NCBI GenBank assembly: GCA_965222375.1
Contig: CBDCTZ010000016.1
Span: forward strand, 224,001-288,000
Direction: 5' to 3'
DNA: 64,000 bases
From: Polyangiaceae bacterium
GTDB lineage: Bacteria > Myxococcota_A > Polyangia > Polyangiales > Polyangiaceae
Position numbers and translations under genes: made by a program. The notes beneath the pieces were generated by a model. That model had not been told where the DNA came from. It did not search any database and saw only the letters and a program-made list of their open reading frames with translations. Below, in pieces: positions 29,456 to 38,770 of the stretch. Positions within the stretch are counted from its first letter, which is position 1. Each line of letters begins with the position of its first letter.

Positions 29456-29499
29456 GCGAGATTAGCGGCCCAGCGCCGCCCCAGCGCCCGCGACCCCAA
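29456..29499 (-). repeat. Dispersed bipartite repeat, copy C
   Basis: Minus strand TTGGGGTCG-N25-CTAATCTCGC, 22 nt after the alr stop. Confidence 0.8.
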
Positions 29500-29521
29500 C
29501 AAAAACAAACGCTCTAGGCGC

Positions 29522-30742
29522 TCAAGGCTCGCGATAGAACCGCGGCACTCTTCGTGAGACGGAAGTGAGCACTTCCCACGGGATGGTGCCGAGCTGTTCC
29601 GCGATCTCGGTTGCGTCGATGGACGCTTCGCCCTTCGGACCCTTTTGGCTTCCCAGCACGACGCACTCGTCGCCGACGCTGACGTCATCGATCTCCGTGA
29701 CGTCGATCATGGTCATGTCCATGCTGACGACCCCGACGATGGGTGCTCGCTGGCCACGGACGAGGATGGAGCCCTTGTTCGATAGCCCGCGGGTCAGGCC
29801 GTCGGCGTAGCCCATGGGTAAGGTGGCGATGCGGCTCGTGCGCTTGGCCTTCCAAGTGGCGCCGTAGCCAACGGTCATGCCCTCTTGGATTTCGCGCAGC
29901 GCGATGACCTCACTGGCGACCCGCATGACCGGCCGCAGTTCGGGCAGCCACTCGGGCTGGGGCGTGACTCCGAAGAGCGCGATTCCAGGGCGGACTGCGT
30001 TCAAGCGGGCCCGGGCGCAGCGAATGGTGGCGGCGCTGTTGGCCGCGTGGCGCAGGGGAATGTCGACGCCCCGGTCCAAGAGGCCCTGACAAGACTCATC
30101 GAAGATGTCGAGTTGGTGGTCGACGCTCTCCACGTCGTCGGCGTCCGCACAGGCGAAATGGGTCATCACCCCTTCGAGCCGCACTTCCTTGAACCGTCCA
30201 AGGGCCTTGGCGATGTCGGGAACCTCCTGGGGCATGACGCCCAGGCGGGCCATGCCCGTGTCGATCTTCAGATGAGCTCCGACCCGACCCGCTCCGCTGA
30301 AGCGAACCTCTTCCGCCAGGGTGGCGATCTGCCCGGCCTCGTGGATGACCGGTGTGAGGTCGTAGCGAAGCAGCTCTCCCCAGGCCCGATCGTAGTGGCC
30401 GCCCATGACGAGAATGGGAGCGCGGATCCCGGCTTGGCGCAGCTCGACGCCCTCCTCCATGAGAGCCACACACATTCGAGTCGCGCCGGCTCGTTCGAGC
30501 GTCCGGGCTACGGCTTTGGAGCCATGGCCGTAGCCGTCGGCTTTGAGGACACAGCAGACCTCTGCGCCGCCAGCCACACGCTGCAAGATCCGGAGGTTGT
30601 GCCGAAGGGCCGCCAGATTGATTTCAGCGCGCGTGGGGCGTACCGCATCCGAAGGCACCGCCCGCTGCGGACGGAGCACCCGGGGCAGAGGGGTTGCCGT
30701 CGCGCCGGAGTCCGCCGGGAGCAGGGGGTGGGGCAGGGTCAT
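29522..30742 (-). CDS. alr: Alanine racemase
   Basis: VLKADGYGHG (PLP Lys), HLKIDTGMARLG, THFACAD, GYADG and VSMDM. Confidence 0.97.
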   Translation of the reverse strand: MTLPHPLLPADSGATATPLPRVLRPQRAVPSDAVRPTRAEINLAALRHNLRILQRVAGGAEVCCVLKADGYGHGSKAVARTLERAGATRMCVALMEEGVELRQAGIRAPILVMGGHYDRAWGELLRYDLTPVIHEAGQIATLAEEVRFSGAGRVGAHLKIDTGMARLGVMPQEVPDIAKALGRFKEVRLEGVMTHFACADADDVESVDHQLDIFDESCQGLLDRGVDIPLRHAANSAATIRCARARLNAVRPGIALFGVTPQPEWLPELRPVMRVASEVIALREIQEGMTVGYGATWKAKRTSRIATLPMGYADGLTRGLSNKGSILVRGQRAPIVGVVSMDMTMIDVTEIDDVSVGDECVVLGSQKGPKGEASIDATEIAEQLGTIPWEVLTSVSRRVPRFYREP

Positions 30743-30791
30743 CTGGGTTAGAGCGTTAGCGCCGCTTTTCGCCGGGCGTCAACTTCCCGGC

Positions 30792-31400
30792 CTATTCGAA
30801 GCAACGCCGCATGCACTGGCGGTAATCCCCGGCGCACGGTTCGCAGGGGACATTGCTGGCATCCAGCGCTTTTTGGCACTTTGGCTTGCACGAATTCAGC
30901 GCTTCTTTGCACTTTTCGGCGCAAGAAGCGCCTGGGGTGTTCGGCCCGCTGGCCGGGTCGACTGGCGGCGCCCCCGCGTCGGGGCTGGCGATGGCGGCTG
31001 TGGAGGGGGGCGCCTTGCGGGCATTCACGGGTTCTGCGGCCTGCGTTGGCCCGCCCGCTCTCGCCGGGGTGCGTCGAGACAGGTCGAGCTGGGGCCGGCT
31101 CGGGTCGCCAGCCGTGAGTCGCGCTATCCGTCGCCGAGCGTAGTCCAGGCGGTCGCGAGTCTGGCCGTAGGTATACCGGCTCGTCCACTCCCGCCAGCAG
31201 GCTTCTCGGTGGGACGGGGCGATGTTGGGATCCAGGTCGAGCCGATAGCAGTGCTCGAACCGGATGTTGCCCTCGTAAATCGAGGAAACGCTCGGCCCGC
31301 AGCCGATGAGGAGCGCCCCGACAGTGGCGGCCGTGTTCCGGAGTCGCAAGACGAGACACAAGTTGCCGGGTTTGGGGTCCGTCGGCAAGCGCCCTGTCAT
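30792..31400 (-). CDS. Hypothetical lipoprotein with a Cys-rich C-terminus (start uncertain)
   Basis: Lipobox LIGC and C-x3-C repeats at the C-terminus. Confidence 0.65.
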   Translation of the reverse strand: MTGRLPTDPKPGNLCLVLRLRNTAATVGALLIGCGPSVSSIYEGNIRFEHCYRLDLDPNIAPSHREACWREWTSRYTYGQTRDRLDYARRRIARLTAGDPSRPQLDLSRRTPARAGGPTQAAEPVNARKAPPSTAAIASPDAGAPPVDPASGPNTPGASCAEKCKEALNSCKPKCQKALDASNVPCEPCAGDYRQCMRRCFE

Positions 31401-31417
31401 GCTATGTCCCGGACGCG

Positions 31418-32080
31418 ATGTTTACGGGTCTTGTCGAGAAAACGGGCGTCTTGCGGGCACGCCAACGGCGCGGTCCTGGGTTCCGACTCGAGATCGAAGT
31501 GGATCTGGGCCCCCTCGAACTCGGGGAGTCCATCGCCGTATCGGGGGTCTGCCTGACGGTGATCGAGATGTTGGCCAACGGGTTCGCGGCGGACGTGTCC
31601 GTCGAGACGGTGGAAAAGACGACCCTGGGGCGGTGCGCCATCGGCAGTGCCGTCAACTTGGAGCGTTCCCTGGCCTTGGGGGACCGCCTCGGTGGCCATC
31701 TCGTCAGCGGCCACGTGGACGCGGTGGCGCGGGTCAAGGGTGTGACCAGCAGCGGCGACGCCTGGAATGTGACCGTGGAGCCACCGCGGGAGCTGATGGC
31801 CTTCTTGGCGCCCAAAGGTTCTGTGACCCTCGATGGCGTCTCCCTGACCATCAACCGCACCCACGAAACCGCCATCGAGCTGATGCTGATTCCGCACACC
31901 CGGGAGGTGACAAATCTCGGGGATTTGCGGGTTGGCAGCGAGCTGAACCTGGAGGTGGACCTGTTGTCGCGCTATGTCGTCCACTACTTAACTCGGATTG
32001 GCGGCGCTCAATCCGGTGAGAGCGGCCTCGTGGACGCTCTGGCACGGGCAGGGCTGATGCCCTCGGAGAAGAATGGCTAA
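31418..32080 (+). CDS. ribE: Riboflavin synthase (alpha chain)
   Basis: MFTGLVE N-terminus, VNLERSL..GDRLGGHLVSGHVD and KGSVTLDGVSLT. Confidence 0.96.
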   Translation: MFTGLVEKTGVLRARQRRGPGFRLEIEVDLGPLELGESIAVSGVCLTVIEMLANGFAADVSVETVEKTTLGRCAIGSAVNLERSLALGDRLGGHLVSGHVDAVARVKGVTSSGDAWNVTVEPPRELMAFLAPKGSVTLDGVSLTINRTHETAIELMLIPHTREVTNLGDLRVGSELNLEVDLLSRYVVHYLTRIGGAQSGESGLVDALARAGLMPSEKNG

Positions 32081-33263
32081 CGCACCCAGCATCCCGCCAC
32101 CGCAGCTAGACATCGATCCGGAGCACCTGGAACGGGTGCGCCGCGCCATTGACGCCATTCGCGTGGGCAAGATGGTGGTGCTGGTCGACGACGAGGATCG
32201 CGAGAACGAAGGGGACCTGACCATGGCGGCTGCCAAGGTCACACCCGAAGCCATCAACTTCATGGCCAAGTGGGGTCGCGGGCTGATTTGCCTGACCTTG
32301 ACCGAGTCGCAGGTGCAGCGCTTGGAGCTGCCGATGATGCAGGCGCCAGGCCGCGATGGTCCGCCGCTGGGGACCGCTTTCACCGTCAGCGTGGAAGCAC
32401 GAGAAGGGGTTACCACGGGCATCAGCGCCGCGGACCGGGCACACACCATTCAGGTGGCCATCGCCACGGACGTCACGCCGAGTGAGCTGGTGACGCCAGG
32501 ACACGTGTTTCCGTTGCGGGCTCGGCGGGGCGGGGTGCTCGTGCGAGCGGGGCAGACGGAGGGATCGGTGGATTTGGCGCGCCTGGCTGGGCTCAAGCCC
32601 GCGGGTGTCATCTGCGAGATCATGAACGACGACGGCACGATGGCGCGAATGCCAGACCTCGAGAAGTTCTCGGCCGAGCACAAACTCGAAATCGTGACCA
32701 TCGCGGATTTGATCCGATACCGGCTACAGACCGAAAAGCTGATCGAGCGGCTCTTCGAATCGGAAATCGAGCTCGACCAAACAGGCACGACTTGGCGCGC
32801 GATTGTCTATGGAGCTCCGGTGGACGACCGGCAGATCTTGGTGTTGGTGCGCGGCGACGTCTCGCGGGATCGTTCGATCTTGTGTCGAATGCACGCAGGC
32901 TCGACCCTGGCGGACACGTTCACTTCAACTGTTAGTGAAGGTCGCCGCAATCTGGAAGAAGCCATTGGGCACATCGAGGCTGAAGGTTGTGGCGTCGTGG
33001 TGTATCTGCCACCTGGCGGTGACGTGCGTGGTGAGCTGCAGGCCCTCTCGGTGAAGCTCAAGAGCTCTCCAGTTGCCGCGCCGCCCCCAGGAGAGCGCGC
33101 TCATGGCGGCACGCTTCGCGAATATGGATTGGGTGCTCAAGTGCTCAGGGAATTGGGCGTGCGTCGGCTGCGGCTTCTCACCAACAACCCGAGAAAAATT
33201 GCCGGAATCCACGGTTACGGCCTGGAAGTGACCGAGAGCGTGGCCCTCGGGCAACAGAGCTGA
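32073..33263 (+). CDS. ribB: DHBP synthase with a degenerate GTP cyclohydrolase II domain (RibBX-like)
   Basis: [27 protein letters not shown] and GVICEI are intact; the GCH-II Zn-binding Cys residues are absent. Confidence 0.92.
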   Translation: MANAPSIPPPQLDIDPEHLERVRRAIDAIRVGKMVVLVDDEDRENEGDLTMAAAKVTPEAINFMAKWGRGLICLTLTESQVQRLELPMMQAPGRDGPPLGTAFTVSVEAREGVTTGISAADRAHTIQVAIATDVTPSELVTPGHVFPLRARRGGVLVRAGQTEGSVDLARLAGLKPAGVICEIMNDDGTMARMPDLEKFSAEHKLEIVTIADLIRYRLQTEKLIERLFESEIELDQTGTTWRAIVYGAPVDDRQILVLVRGDVSRDRSILCRMHAGSTLADTFTSTVSEGRRNLEEAIGHIEAEGCGVVVYLPPGGDVRGELQALSVKLKSSPVAAPPPGERAHGGTLREYGLGAQVLRELGVRRLRLLTNNPRKIAGIHGYGLEVTESVALGQQS

Positions 33264-33318
33264 CCCCAGGCGCAGCGCTGGTCTTCGCGCTTTCGAGCGG
33301 GTAGATCAGCGCGCAGCC

Positions 33319-33810
33319 ATGTCTAGTGATAGCCCCAAAGTCATTGAAGGCGTACTGACTGCTCCAAAGGGCGCACGCATCGCCATCGCGGCGGCGCGCT
33401 TCAACGACTTCATCGTTGCTCCGCTGCTCGCAGGCGCCTTGGACGCGCTACGTCGTCACGGAGTTGGGAATGACGGCGTGACCATCGTGAGGGTGCCCGG
33501 CGCTTGGGAGCTGCCCCAAGTATGCGTGCGCCTAGCCGGTAGCGGGAAGTTCGACGCGGTGATTGCCCTCGGGGCGGTCATTCGAGGCGGGACACCGCAC
33601 TTCGACTACGTGGCGTCCCAGGCAGCCAAGGGAGTCGCACAGGCGGGGAGTGCTGGGGTTCCGGTCATTTTTGGTGTGCTCACGACTGACAGTATCGAGC
33701 AGGCCATCGAACGTGCGGGTACCAAGGCCGGCAACAAGGGGTTCGACGCGGCGGTGAGCGCTCTCGAAATGGTCAACTTAGGTCGCGCGCTCTCTGAAGC
33801 GGGGCTGTAG
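33319..33810 (+). CDS. ribH: 6,7-dimethyl-8-ribityllumazine synthase
   Basis: [23 protein letters not shown] and AGTKAGNKG. Confidence 0.97.
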   Translation: MSSDSPKVIEGVLTAPKGARIAIAAARFNDFIVAPLLAGALDALRRHGVGNDGVTIVRVPGAWELPQVCVRLAGSGKFDAVIALGAVIRGGTPHFDYVASQAAKGVAQAGSAGVPVIFGVLTTDSIEQAIERAGTKAGNKGFDAAVSALEMVNLGRALSEAGL

Positions 33811-33815
33811 CGACG

Positions 33816-34241
33816 ATGGGTTCCCGGTCGATGGCGCGTGAGGCGGCGCTTCAGATGCTATACGCGCGGGAAGCCACTACCGCCACTGGAGAACAAGTCA
33901 TCTACGACTACTGGCGCGAGATGCCCGGCGACGCGGAAGGCCGTGCGTACGCGGATCAGCTCGTGCTTGGCGTCGAAAAGGAAGTGGACGTGCTGGACCA
34001 GCGCATTGCGGGTGCCAGCACCAACTGGCGCATCGAGCGCATGACTCGGGTCGATCGCAACTTGCTACGCTTGGGCGCGTGGGAGTTGACCCACGAGCTG
34101 GATGTTCCCCGCGCTGTCATCATCGACGAGGTCGTGGAGATGGCGAAACGTTTCAGTACCGAGGAGAGCAGCGCTTTCGTCAACGGCGTGCTCGATCGCA
34201 TTGCTGAAGATGCGGGGCGAACCGACGACTCCGGCTCCTGA
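33816..34241 (+). CDS. nusB: Transcription antitermination factor NusB
   Basis: AREAALQMLY, NWRIERM..VDRNLLR and FVNGVLD; follows ribH. Confidence 0.95.
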   Translation: MGSRSMAREAALQMLYAREATTATGEQVIYDYWREMPGDAEGRAYADQLVLGVEKEVDVLDQRIAGASTNWRIERMTRVDRNLLRLGAWELTHELDVPRAVIIDEVVEMAKRFSTEESSAFVNGVLDRIAEDAGRTDDSGS

Positions 34242-34247
34242 GGTGAC

Positions 34248-34766
34248 ATGGATCTGCGCTTCATCGTCCCGAGTCTGCGCAAGCTCGATCTGGCCGGGAG
34301 TGAAGTCCTTGCGGCGAGTATCTTCGAAAGCGAGCGTCCACCCCATGGCGTTGCCGGGCTAGTCGATTTCCGACTTGCGGGTCGGGTGTCCAACTTGATG
34401 ATTCGTAGGTATCTGACTGGCAAGTTGGGCGAGGTGGCACTCCTGCCCGGAAAACCTCGGCTCAGCTTCGACAAGGTGCTGCTATTTGGTGCAGGCCCTT
34501 TGGAGGAGTTGAACGATCGCGTATTTGGCTTGGTGATCGAGCGGATGCTCGAAACGCTGTCCGGGCTGCGGGCTCGCAGTGCAGTTGTCGAGCTACCCGG
34601 CCGTCACGCCGACGCCATCGAACCCGACCGCGCGGCGGATCTGCTCCTGGAGCGCGCCGCCTCTCGGCCCGAGCACGACCTTTGGACTCTAGTGGAGCCC
34701 GCCGACGCTCAGCGCATCATCAACCAGCGCATGATCCAAGAGCGACGCCGGGTGCGCACGCTCTGA
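34248..34766 (+). CDS. Stand-alone protein resembling the leucyl aminopeptidase (M17) N-terminal macro-like domain
   Basis: FESERPPHGVAGLVDFRLAG, TGKLGEVALL and KVLLFGAG; no catalytic domain. Confidence 0.7.
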   Translation: MDLRFIVPSLRKLDLAGSEVLAASIFESERPPHGVAGLVDFRLAGRVSNLMIRRYLTGKLGEVALLPGKPRLSFDKVLLFGAGPLEELNDRVFGLVIERMLETLSGLRARSAVVELPGRHADAIEPDRAADLLLERAASRPEHDLWTLVEPADAQRIINQRMIQERRRVRTL

Positions 34767-34770
34767 GTCG

Positions 34771-35409
34771 TTACTTCGGGATTCGTATGCCGCTCAGGAC
34801 GAGCTGCTTGCTCGGCATGCGATCGTATTCCAACACCATGCCCTCGTACTCGTGCTGCTCCACGGTTCCGGGATGAGCCCCCGCATCCCCTTGCACGACG
34901 CGTTGGGGCTTGCCCAAAGCCGTTCCTACCGCCTGCGGCAACATCCCGAATTGAAGATCTGGCGGGATGGCGCCGTTGAAGATTCCGAATTGCCCACTCT
35001 TGACCCGGCGCCCGACGCGATGCAGGTGAATGCGTTCGAGACGGTTCTCGCTGTTCAAGAAGAACTCGGCGCCACGCTCCAGGTATCGGCACACACCCGG
35101 AGCGCGCTCTCCGCACTTGGCTTTCATGTGTCGCTCTACGGTTGTGACCTTGGCGCGCAGCCGGATCGGGCCGATGCCTTGACCCGCCAAAACCGCGAAT
35201 TGCGGCCCGGTTGGTTTTGGCCAGCGGGAGCCCAGCGGGGCGGGCAATCCCTGTCCTTCTGGTGCGCTTGCGATGGTTTTGGCGGGGGCGCCGGTCGCAG
35301 CCGCACCTGGGGTCGGTTGCGCCTTTTCGCTGTCGCAGCCCGCGTAAAATGCGGCCAGGACGAAAACGGCAGCTTTCGATCGGGCCCTAGGGCGCTTAGA
35401 TGAACTCAC
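34771..35409 (-). CDS. Hypothetical lipoprotein
   Basis: Basic N-terminus, lipobox YAGC and a GIGPIRL motif. Confidence 0.65.
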   Translation of the reverse strand: MSSSKRPRARSKAAVFVLAAFYAGCDSEKAQPTPGAAATGAPAKTIASAPEGQGLPAPLGSRWPKPTGPQFAVLAGQGIGPIRLRAKVTTVERHMKAKCGERAPGVCRYLERGAEFFLNSENRLERIHLHRVGRRVKSGQFGIFNGAIPPDLQFGMLPQAVGTALGKPQRVVQGDAGAHPGTVEQHEYEGMVLEYDRMPSKQLVLSGIRIPK

Positions 35410-35463
35410 GGTCCGTGGTAGTAACGCCGGCTTGGCGCTGGCGCAAAGCGGCTTTTGTCCCTG

Positions 35464-36381
35464 ATGACCCCTTTAGAAGAGCGACGCTTCCTATTCATTA
35501 CCGGAAAAGGCGGCGTGGGCAAGACCACGGTGACCGCCGCTTTGGCGTTCCGGCTCGCGCACGAGGGCAAACGCGTCTTGATCACCGTGTCTGACGCCAA
35601 AGAGCGGATCAGCACACTCTTCGGCGCGGAGCCCATGACGCCGCAGGTGCAACCCCTGGCAGATCGCATCTGGGGCGTGAAGCTCACACCGGATGTGGCT
35701 CTGCGCGAGTACGGCAGCATGATCTTGAAGAGCCCAAAGGTTTATGGGGCGGTTTTTGACAACAACTATGTGCGTAGCTTCTTCGCGGGCGTGCCAGGGT
35801 TGTTCGAATGGGCCATGCTTGGCAAAGCCTGGTACCACTCCATCGAGACCGAGGAAGACGGCGAACAGCGCTTCGATGTCGTACTCTTTGATGCGCCCGC
35901 AACCGGCCACGGCTTGGACATGTTGCGGGTGCCGAAGATCATCGTCGAGGTCGTGCCGCCCGGCGTGCTGCGCCGGGACGCGGAGCGTGCCTGGGCTATG
36001 TTCCAGGACGAAGCTCAGACCGGCGTGCTTGTCGTGACCCTACCCGAGGAAATGCCAACGAATGAGACCTTGGAGCTGTTGGACGCCCTCGACAGCGAGC
36101 TTCGCTTGCCTGTGGCGCGGGTCGTCATCAATGGTGTGATCCCGAAGCTGTTCGAGGACGCGGAGCGACACGAACTGCTGAAGGACCGGGACCTGAATCG
36201 AGAGTTGCCCGGCAGCGCCGCCTTGGTCTGCGGGATCCGCCGTGCCATCCGGGAGCGAGTCCAAGAGGAAGCTCTGGGCCGTCTTCGAGCCATTCAGCAC
36301 GCCCAGGTGGAGCTCCCATGGCTGGATGGGGATGCCAACACCCCATCGGCCATACAGAACCTCTCTGAGTTGATAACTTAG
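35464..36381 (+). CDS. ArsA/Get3-family ATPase
   Basis: GKGGVGKTT deviant Walker A, DAPATGH and VTLPEEMP. Confidence 0.9.
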   Translation: MTPLEERRFLFITGKGGVGKTTVTAALAFRLAHEGKRVLITVSDAKERISTLFGAEPMTPQVQPLADRIWGVKLTPDVALREYGSMILKSPKVYGAVFDNNYVRSFFAGVPGLFEWAMLGKAWYHSIETEEDGEQRFDVVLFDAPATGHGLDMLRVPKIIVEVVPPGVLRRDAERAWAMFQDEAQTGVLVVTLPEEMPTNETLELLDALDSELRLPVARVVINGVIPKLFEDAERHELLKDRDLNRELPGSAALVCGIRRAIRERVQEEALGRLRAIQHAQVELPWLDGDANTPSAIQNLSELIT

Positions 36382-36461
36382 CGTAACTAAAGCACATTTT
36401 ACATCAAAGCTATCGCTGCACGCCCCAAGGCGGAGAGCACGGTATCTTATCTGTCGCCACC

Positions 36462-37991
36462 ATGCCCAGAAAACCCGAGCCCGGACGCGAGCTGCTCGGC
36501 CGGTATCGGCTGGAGGTGTGCCTCGACGAAGGTGGAATGGGGCAGATCTGGCGTGCGGAGCATCTGGTGCTGGGCGCGCCGGTCGCGGTCAAGATCGTCG
36601 ATCGGGACGTGAGCCGGGACGAGGAAGCTCTCGCGCGCTTCAACCTGGAAGCCCAATCGGCTGCGCAGCTGCGCAGTCCCCACGTCGTACAGATCTTCGA
36701 TTACGGAATCGACGGCGGTCTTCCGTTCATCGTGATGGAGCTGCTTGAAGGCGAAACCCTCGCCAAGCGGCTCAAGCGGCGCAAGCGCTTGAGCCCGGAG
36801 GAGACGGCGCGGGTGATAACCCACGTGGCGCGAGCCGTTTCTCGCGCCCACGAAGCCAAGATCGTGCATCGGGACTTGAAGCCCGAGAATGTCTTCCTCG
36901 TGCACAACGAGGAAGAAGACGTTGCCAAGGTGCTCGATTTCGGAGTCGTGAAGGTGTCGGAGGCTACCTTGGGCCCGAAGGGGGAGCGCACCCGCACGGG
37001 TTCGCTTCTGGGTACGCCATTCTACATGAGCCCGGAGCAGGCCCAGGGCAACAAGACCGTGGATTTCCGGACGGACCTTTGGGCTCTCGGCGTCATGGCC
37101 TTCGAGTGCCTCACCGGCAAGCGTCCCTTCGAGAGCGAAGGCCTAGGCGATCTGGTGCTCTCGATCTGTGTCCGGCCGCTGCCTGTGCCCTCGGAATACG
37201 GTCCCGTGCCAGCAGGCTTTGACGAGTGGTTCAAGAAGGCCACAGAACGAGAGCCCAGAGATCGCTTTCAGAGCGCTCGCCAGCTTGCCGTCTCTTTGCG
37301 CAAAGTCCTGTCCGACGAGTCCCGGGAAGTGCAGGTTACGATCCCCGACTCCGATGATGAGTGGGGTGCGGAACCGGAACGACAGACGGCCGCAGGGGTG
37401 GGCCCGACGAGTGGAGCCACCGCGGCAGAGACCGAACCAGGTCAGACCGCACCCGCCACAGGCGAGGCTACCACTGTCGAGGCGTCTGCCGAAGATTTGG
37501 AACGGCTGAAAGGCAAGGCGTCCGAGTCAGAGCCCGCCGTCCCACCGGACATCGCGGTGTCGGGGGACACGATGGCGTCCGTCATTCCCGTTCGGCGCGG
37601 CCCTAAACCTTGGGTCATCGCTACCGTCGCCGCGGGCGCACTCGCCGTGGGTGGAACCACGGGGATCGTCATGATGCAGAGCGAAATGGCCGAACCGGAC
37701 CCGACGGATACGCCGGTGGCACGCCCCGCCTTGACCCCCGAGGCGGTCGTCACACCCGCCAATCCCACCGGCCCAATTACGTCCAACCCTACGGCGGTCA
37801 AAGAGGATGCGAGCAGCGCAGACCCTGAATCTTCAGCGGCCGAGGAGCCGGATGCAGCGCCTGTGCGAGATGCCGCCAGCGACGGGCTAAGCCCGGCCGC
37901 GCAGCGAGCCGCAGCGATCATGAAAGGGCTGGAGGAGCGCGATGCGACCGCCGCTCCCGCTCCAACGCCCAGCGCTTCTCACGGCAACTAG
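36462..37991 (+). CDS. Hanks-type Ser/Thr protein kinase with a TM segment
   Basis: EGGMG, VAVK, HRDLKPEN, DFG, GTPFYMSPEQ and DLW motifs; hydrophobic helix in the C-terminal third. Confidence 0.95.
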   Translation: MPRKPEPGRELLGRYRLEVCLDEGGMGQIWRAEHLVLGAPVAVKIVDRDVSRDEEALARFNLEAQSAAQLRSPHVVQIFDYGIDGGLPFIVMELLEGETLAKRLKRRKRLSPEETARVITHVARAVSRAHEAKIVHRDLKPENVFLVHNEEEDVAKVLDFGVVKVSEATLGPKGERTRTGSLLGTPFYMSPEQAQGNKTVDFRTDLWALGVMAFECLTGKRPFESEGLGDLVLSICVRPLPVPSEYGPVPAGFDEWFKKATEREPRDRFQSARQLAVSLRKVLSDESREVQVTIPDSDDEWGAEPERQTAAGVGPTSGATAAETEPGQTAPATGEATTVEASAEDLERLKGKASESEPAVPPDIAVSGDTMASVIPVRRGPKPWVIATVAAGALAVGGTTGIVMMQSEMAEPDPTDTPVARPALTPEAVVTPANPTGPITSNPTAVKEDASSADPESSAAEEPDAAPVRDAASDGLSPAAQRAAAIMKGLEERDATAAPAPTPSASHGN

Positions 37992-38371
37992 CCGGTGCGG
38001 CGTGCCGTGACGTACTCGGCGGCAAGGCGCGCCAGGTTCTCGCCGTTCAGCACGCGACTAGATAGCACGACCCCTTCACCATCGCTGACGAACACTCTCA
38101 GCGTTTCGCCCTGGTTCTGGCCAATCACGAGGAACGGCGTGTCGTTGCCTGCTTGCCGAACACGAGCCAAGCTCTGCAGGCTGCTCTCGCGCCCCAGCTG
38201 CGCACTGGCCAATACGAGTTGAAACGGCCCCCGATTGAGCAAAGCGTCGACCAACTCGGCTCCTGGAGTCAGCGCCACCTGCTCCGCATCCGTATCGGCG
38301 AGGGCCTCGCGAACACGTTCCAACAAGGGAGCGTCAGAGATGGCGAGTAGGATTCTGGCGCGAGGGGACAT
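37988..38371 (-). CDS. Atypical single-domain receiver-like protein
   Basis: CheY-like pattern RILLA..D..L...V..AL, PFQLVL and L..VR....DTPFLVI; the acceptor Asp position reads LVLASAQL. Confidence 0.65.
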   Translation of the reverse strand: MSPRARILLAISDAPLLERVREALADTDAEQVALTPGAELVDALLNRGPFQLVLASAQLGRESSLQSLARVRQAGNDTPFLVIGQNQGETLRVFVSDGEGVVLSSRVLNGENLARLAAEYVTARRTG

Positions 38372-38434
38372 GGCTGTTTTCGGTGTTGTGAGCGCCCCGT
38401 CGGGGGGTGGTTCGAACCCCCCGCTTCGGGATTA

Positions 38435-38450
38435 AGCAGATCCCGTGCCT
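38435..38450 (-). promoter_or_regulatory. Putative sigma54 (-24/-12) promoter
   Basis: Minus strand AGGCACGGGATCTGCT (GG-N10-GC), about 65 nt upstream of the ATG at 38371. Confidence 0.6.
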
Positions 38451-38595
38451 CCGCGTTTGGGCGCCTAACTGCCTGAGATCAGGTGAGCGTCGACCGGTAT
38501 CGGCCTGCGATCTTGCAACACTGAAAGCCCAGATCTGAAAGATCGCCGCCTGCGGCCCGCGGCCCCGAAGGCCGTGGCCTGCGACATTGGAGTCG

Positions 38596-38745
38596 CTACT
38601 TCGCGCTCGGGTCGGCGACGCGCCTCATGAATAGAATCGTTCCGGAAGCGACGTCGCGCCTCATGAATAGAAACGGATGGTCTGCCTGGAACGCGAAGGG
38701 AGGTGCGGGAGGTGCCCCCGCGCCGCGGGGCATGACGGGCAGGCA
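38596..38745 (-). pseudogene. Serpin C-terminal remnant
   Basis: FAFQADHPFLFMRRDVASGTILFMRRVADP matches the serpin C-terminal signature. No upstream serpin body exists; another gene ends at 38771. Confidence 0.75.
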
Positions 38746-38770
38746 AATCCGTGCGGTTCTTTGCTGACCC

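Noticed and set aside
28822..29517. Low-complexity ORFs across the hexamer arrays
   Set aside because: Hexamer repeats leave several frames open on both strands, giving VA/SH/GG-type translations; none has a convincing start or domain.
31372..31410. Possible ninth copy of the dispersed repeat (TTGGGGTCC-N21-CTATGT)
   Set aside because: Both boxes and the spacing deviate, and it overlaps a probable coding start.
38395..38430. GGTGGTTCGAACCCCC resembling a tRNA T-arm
   Set aside because: The stem is mismatched and no acceptor, D or anticodon arms can be built; it is a simple hairpin in a 5' region.
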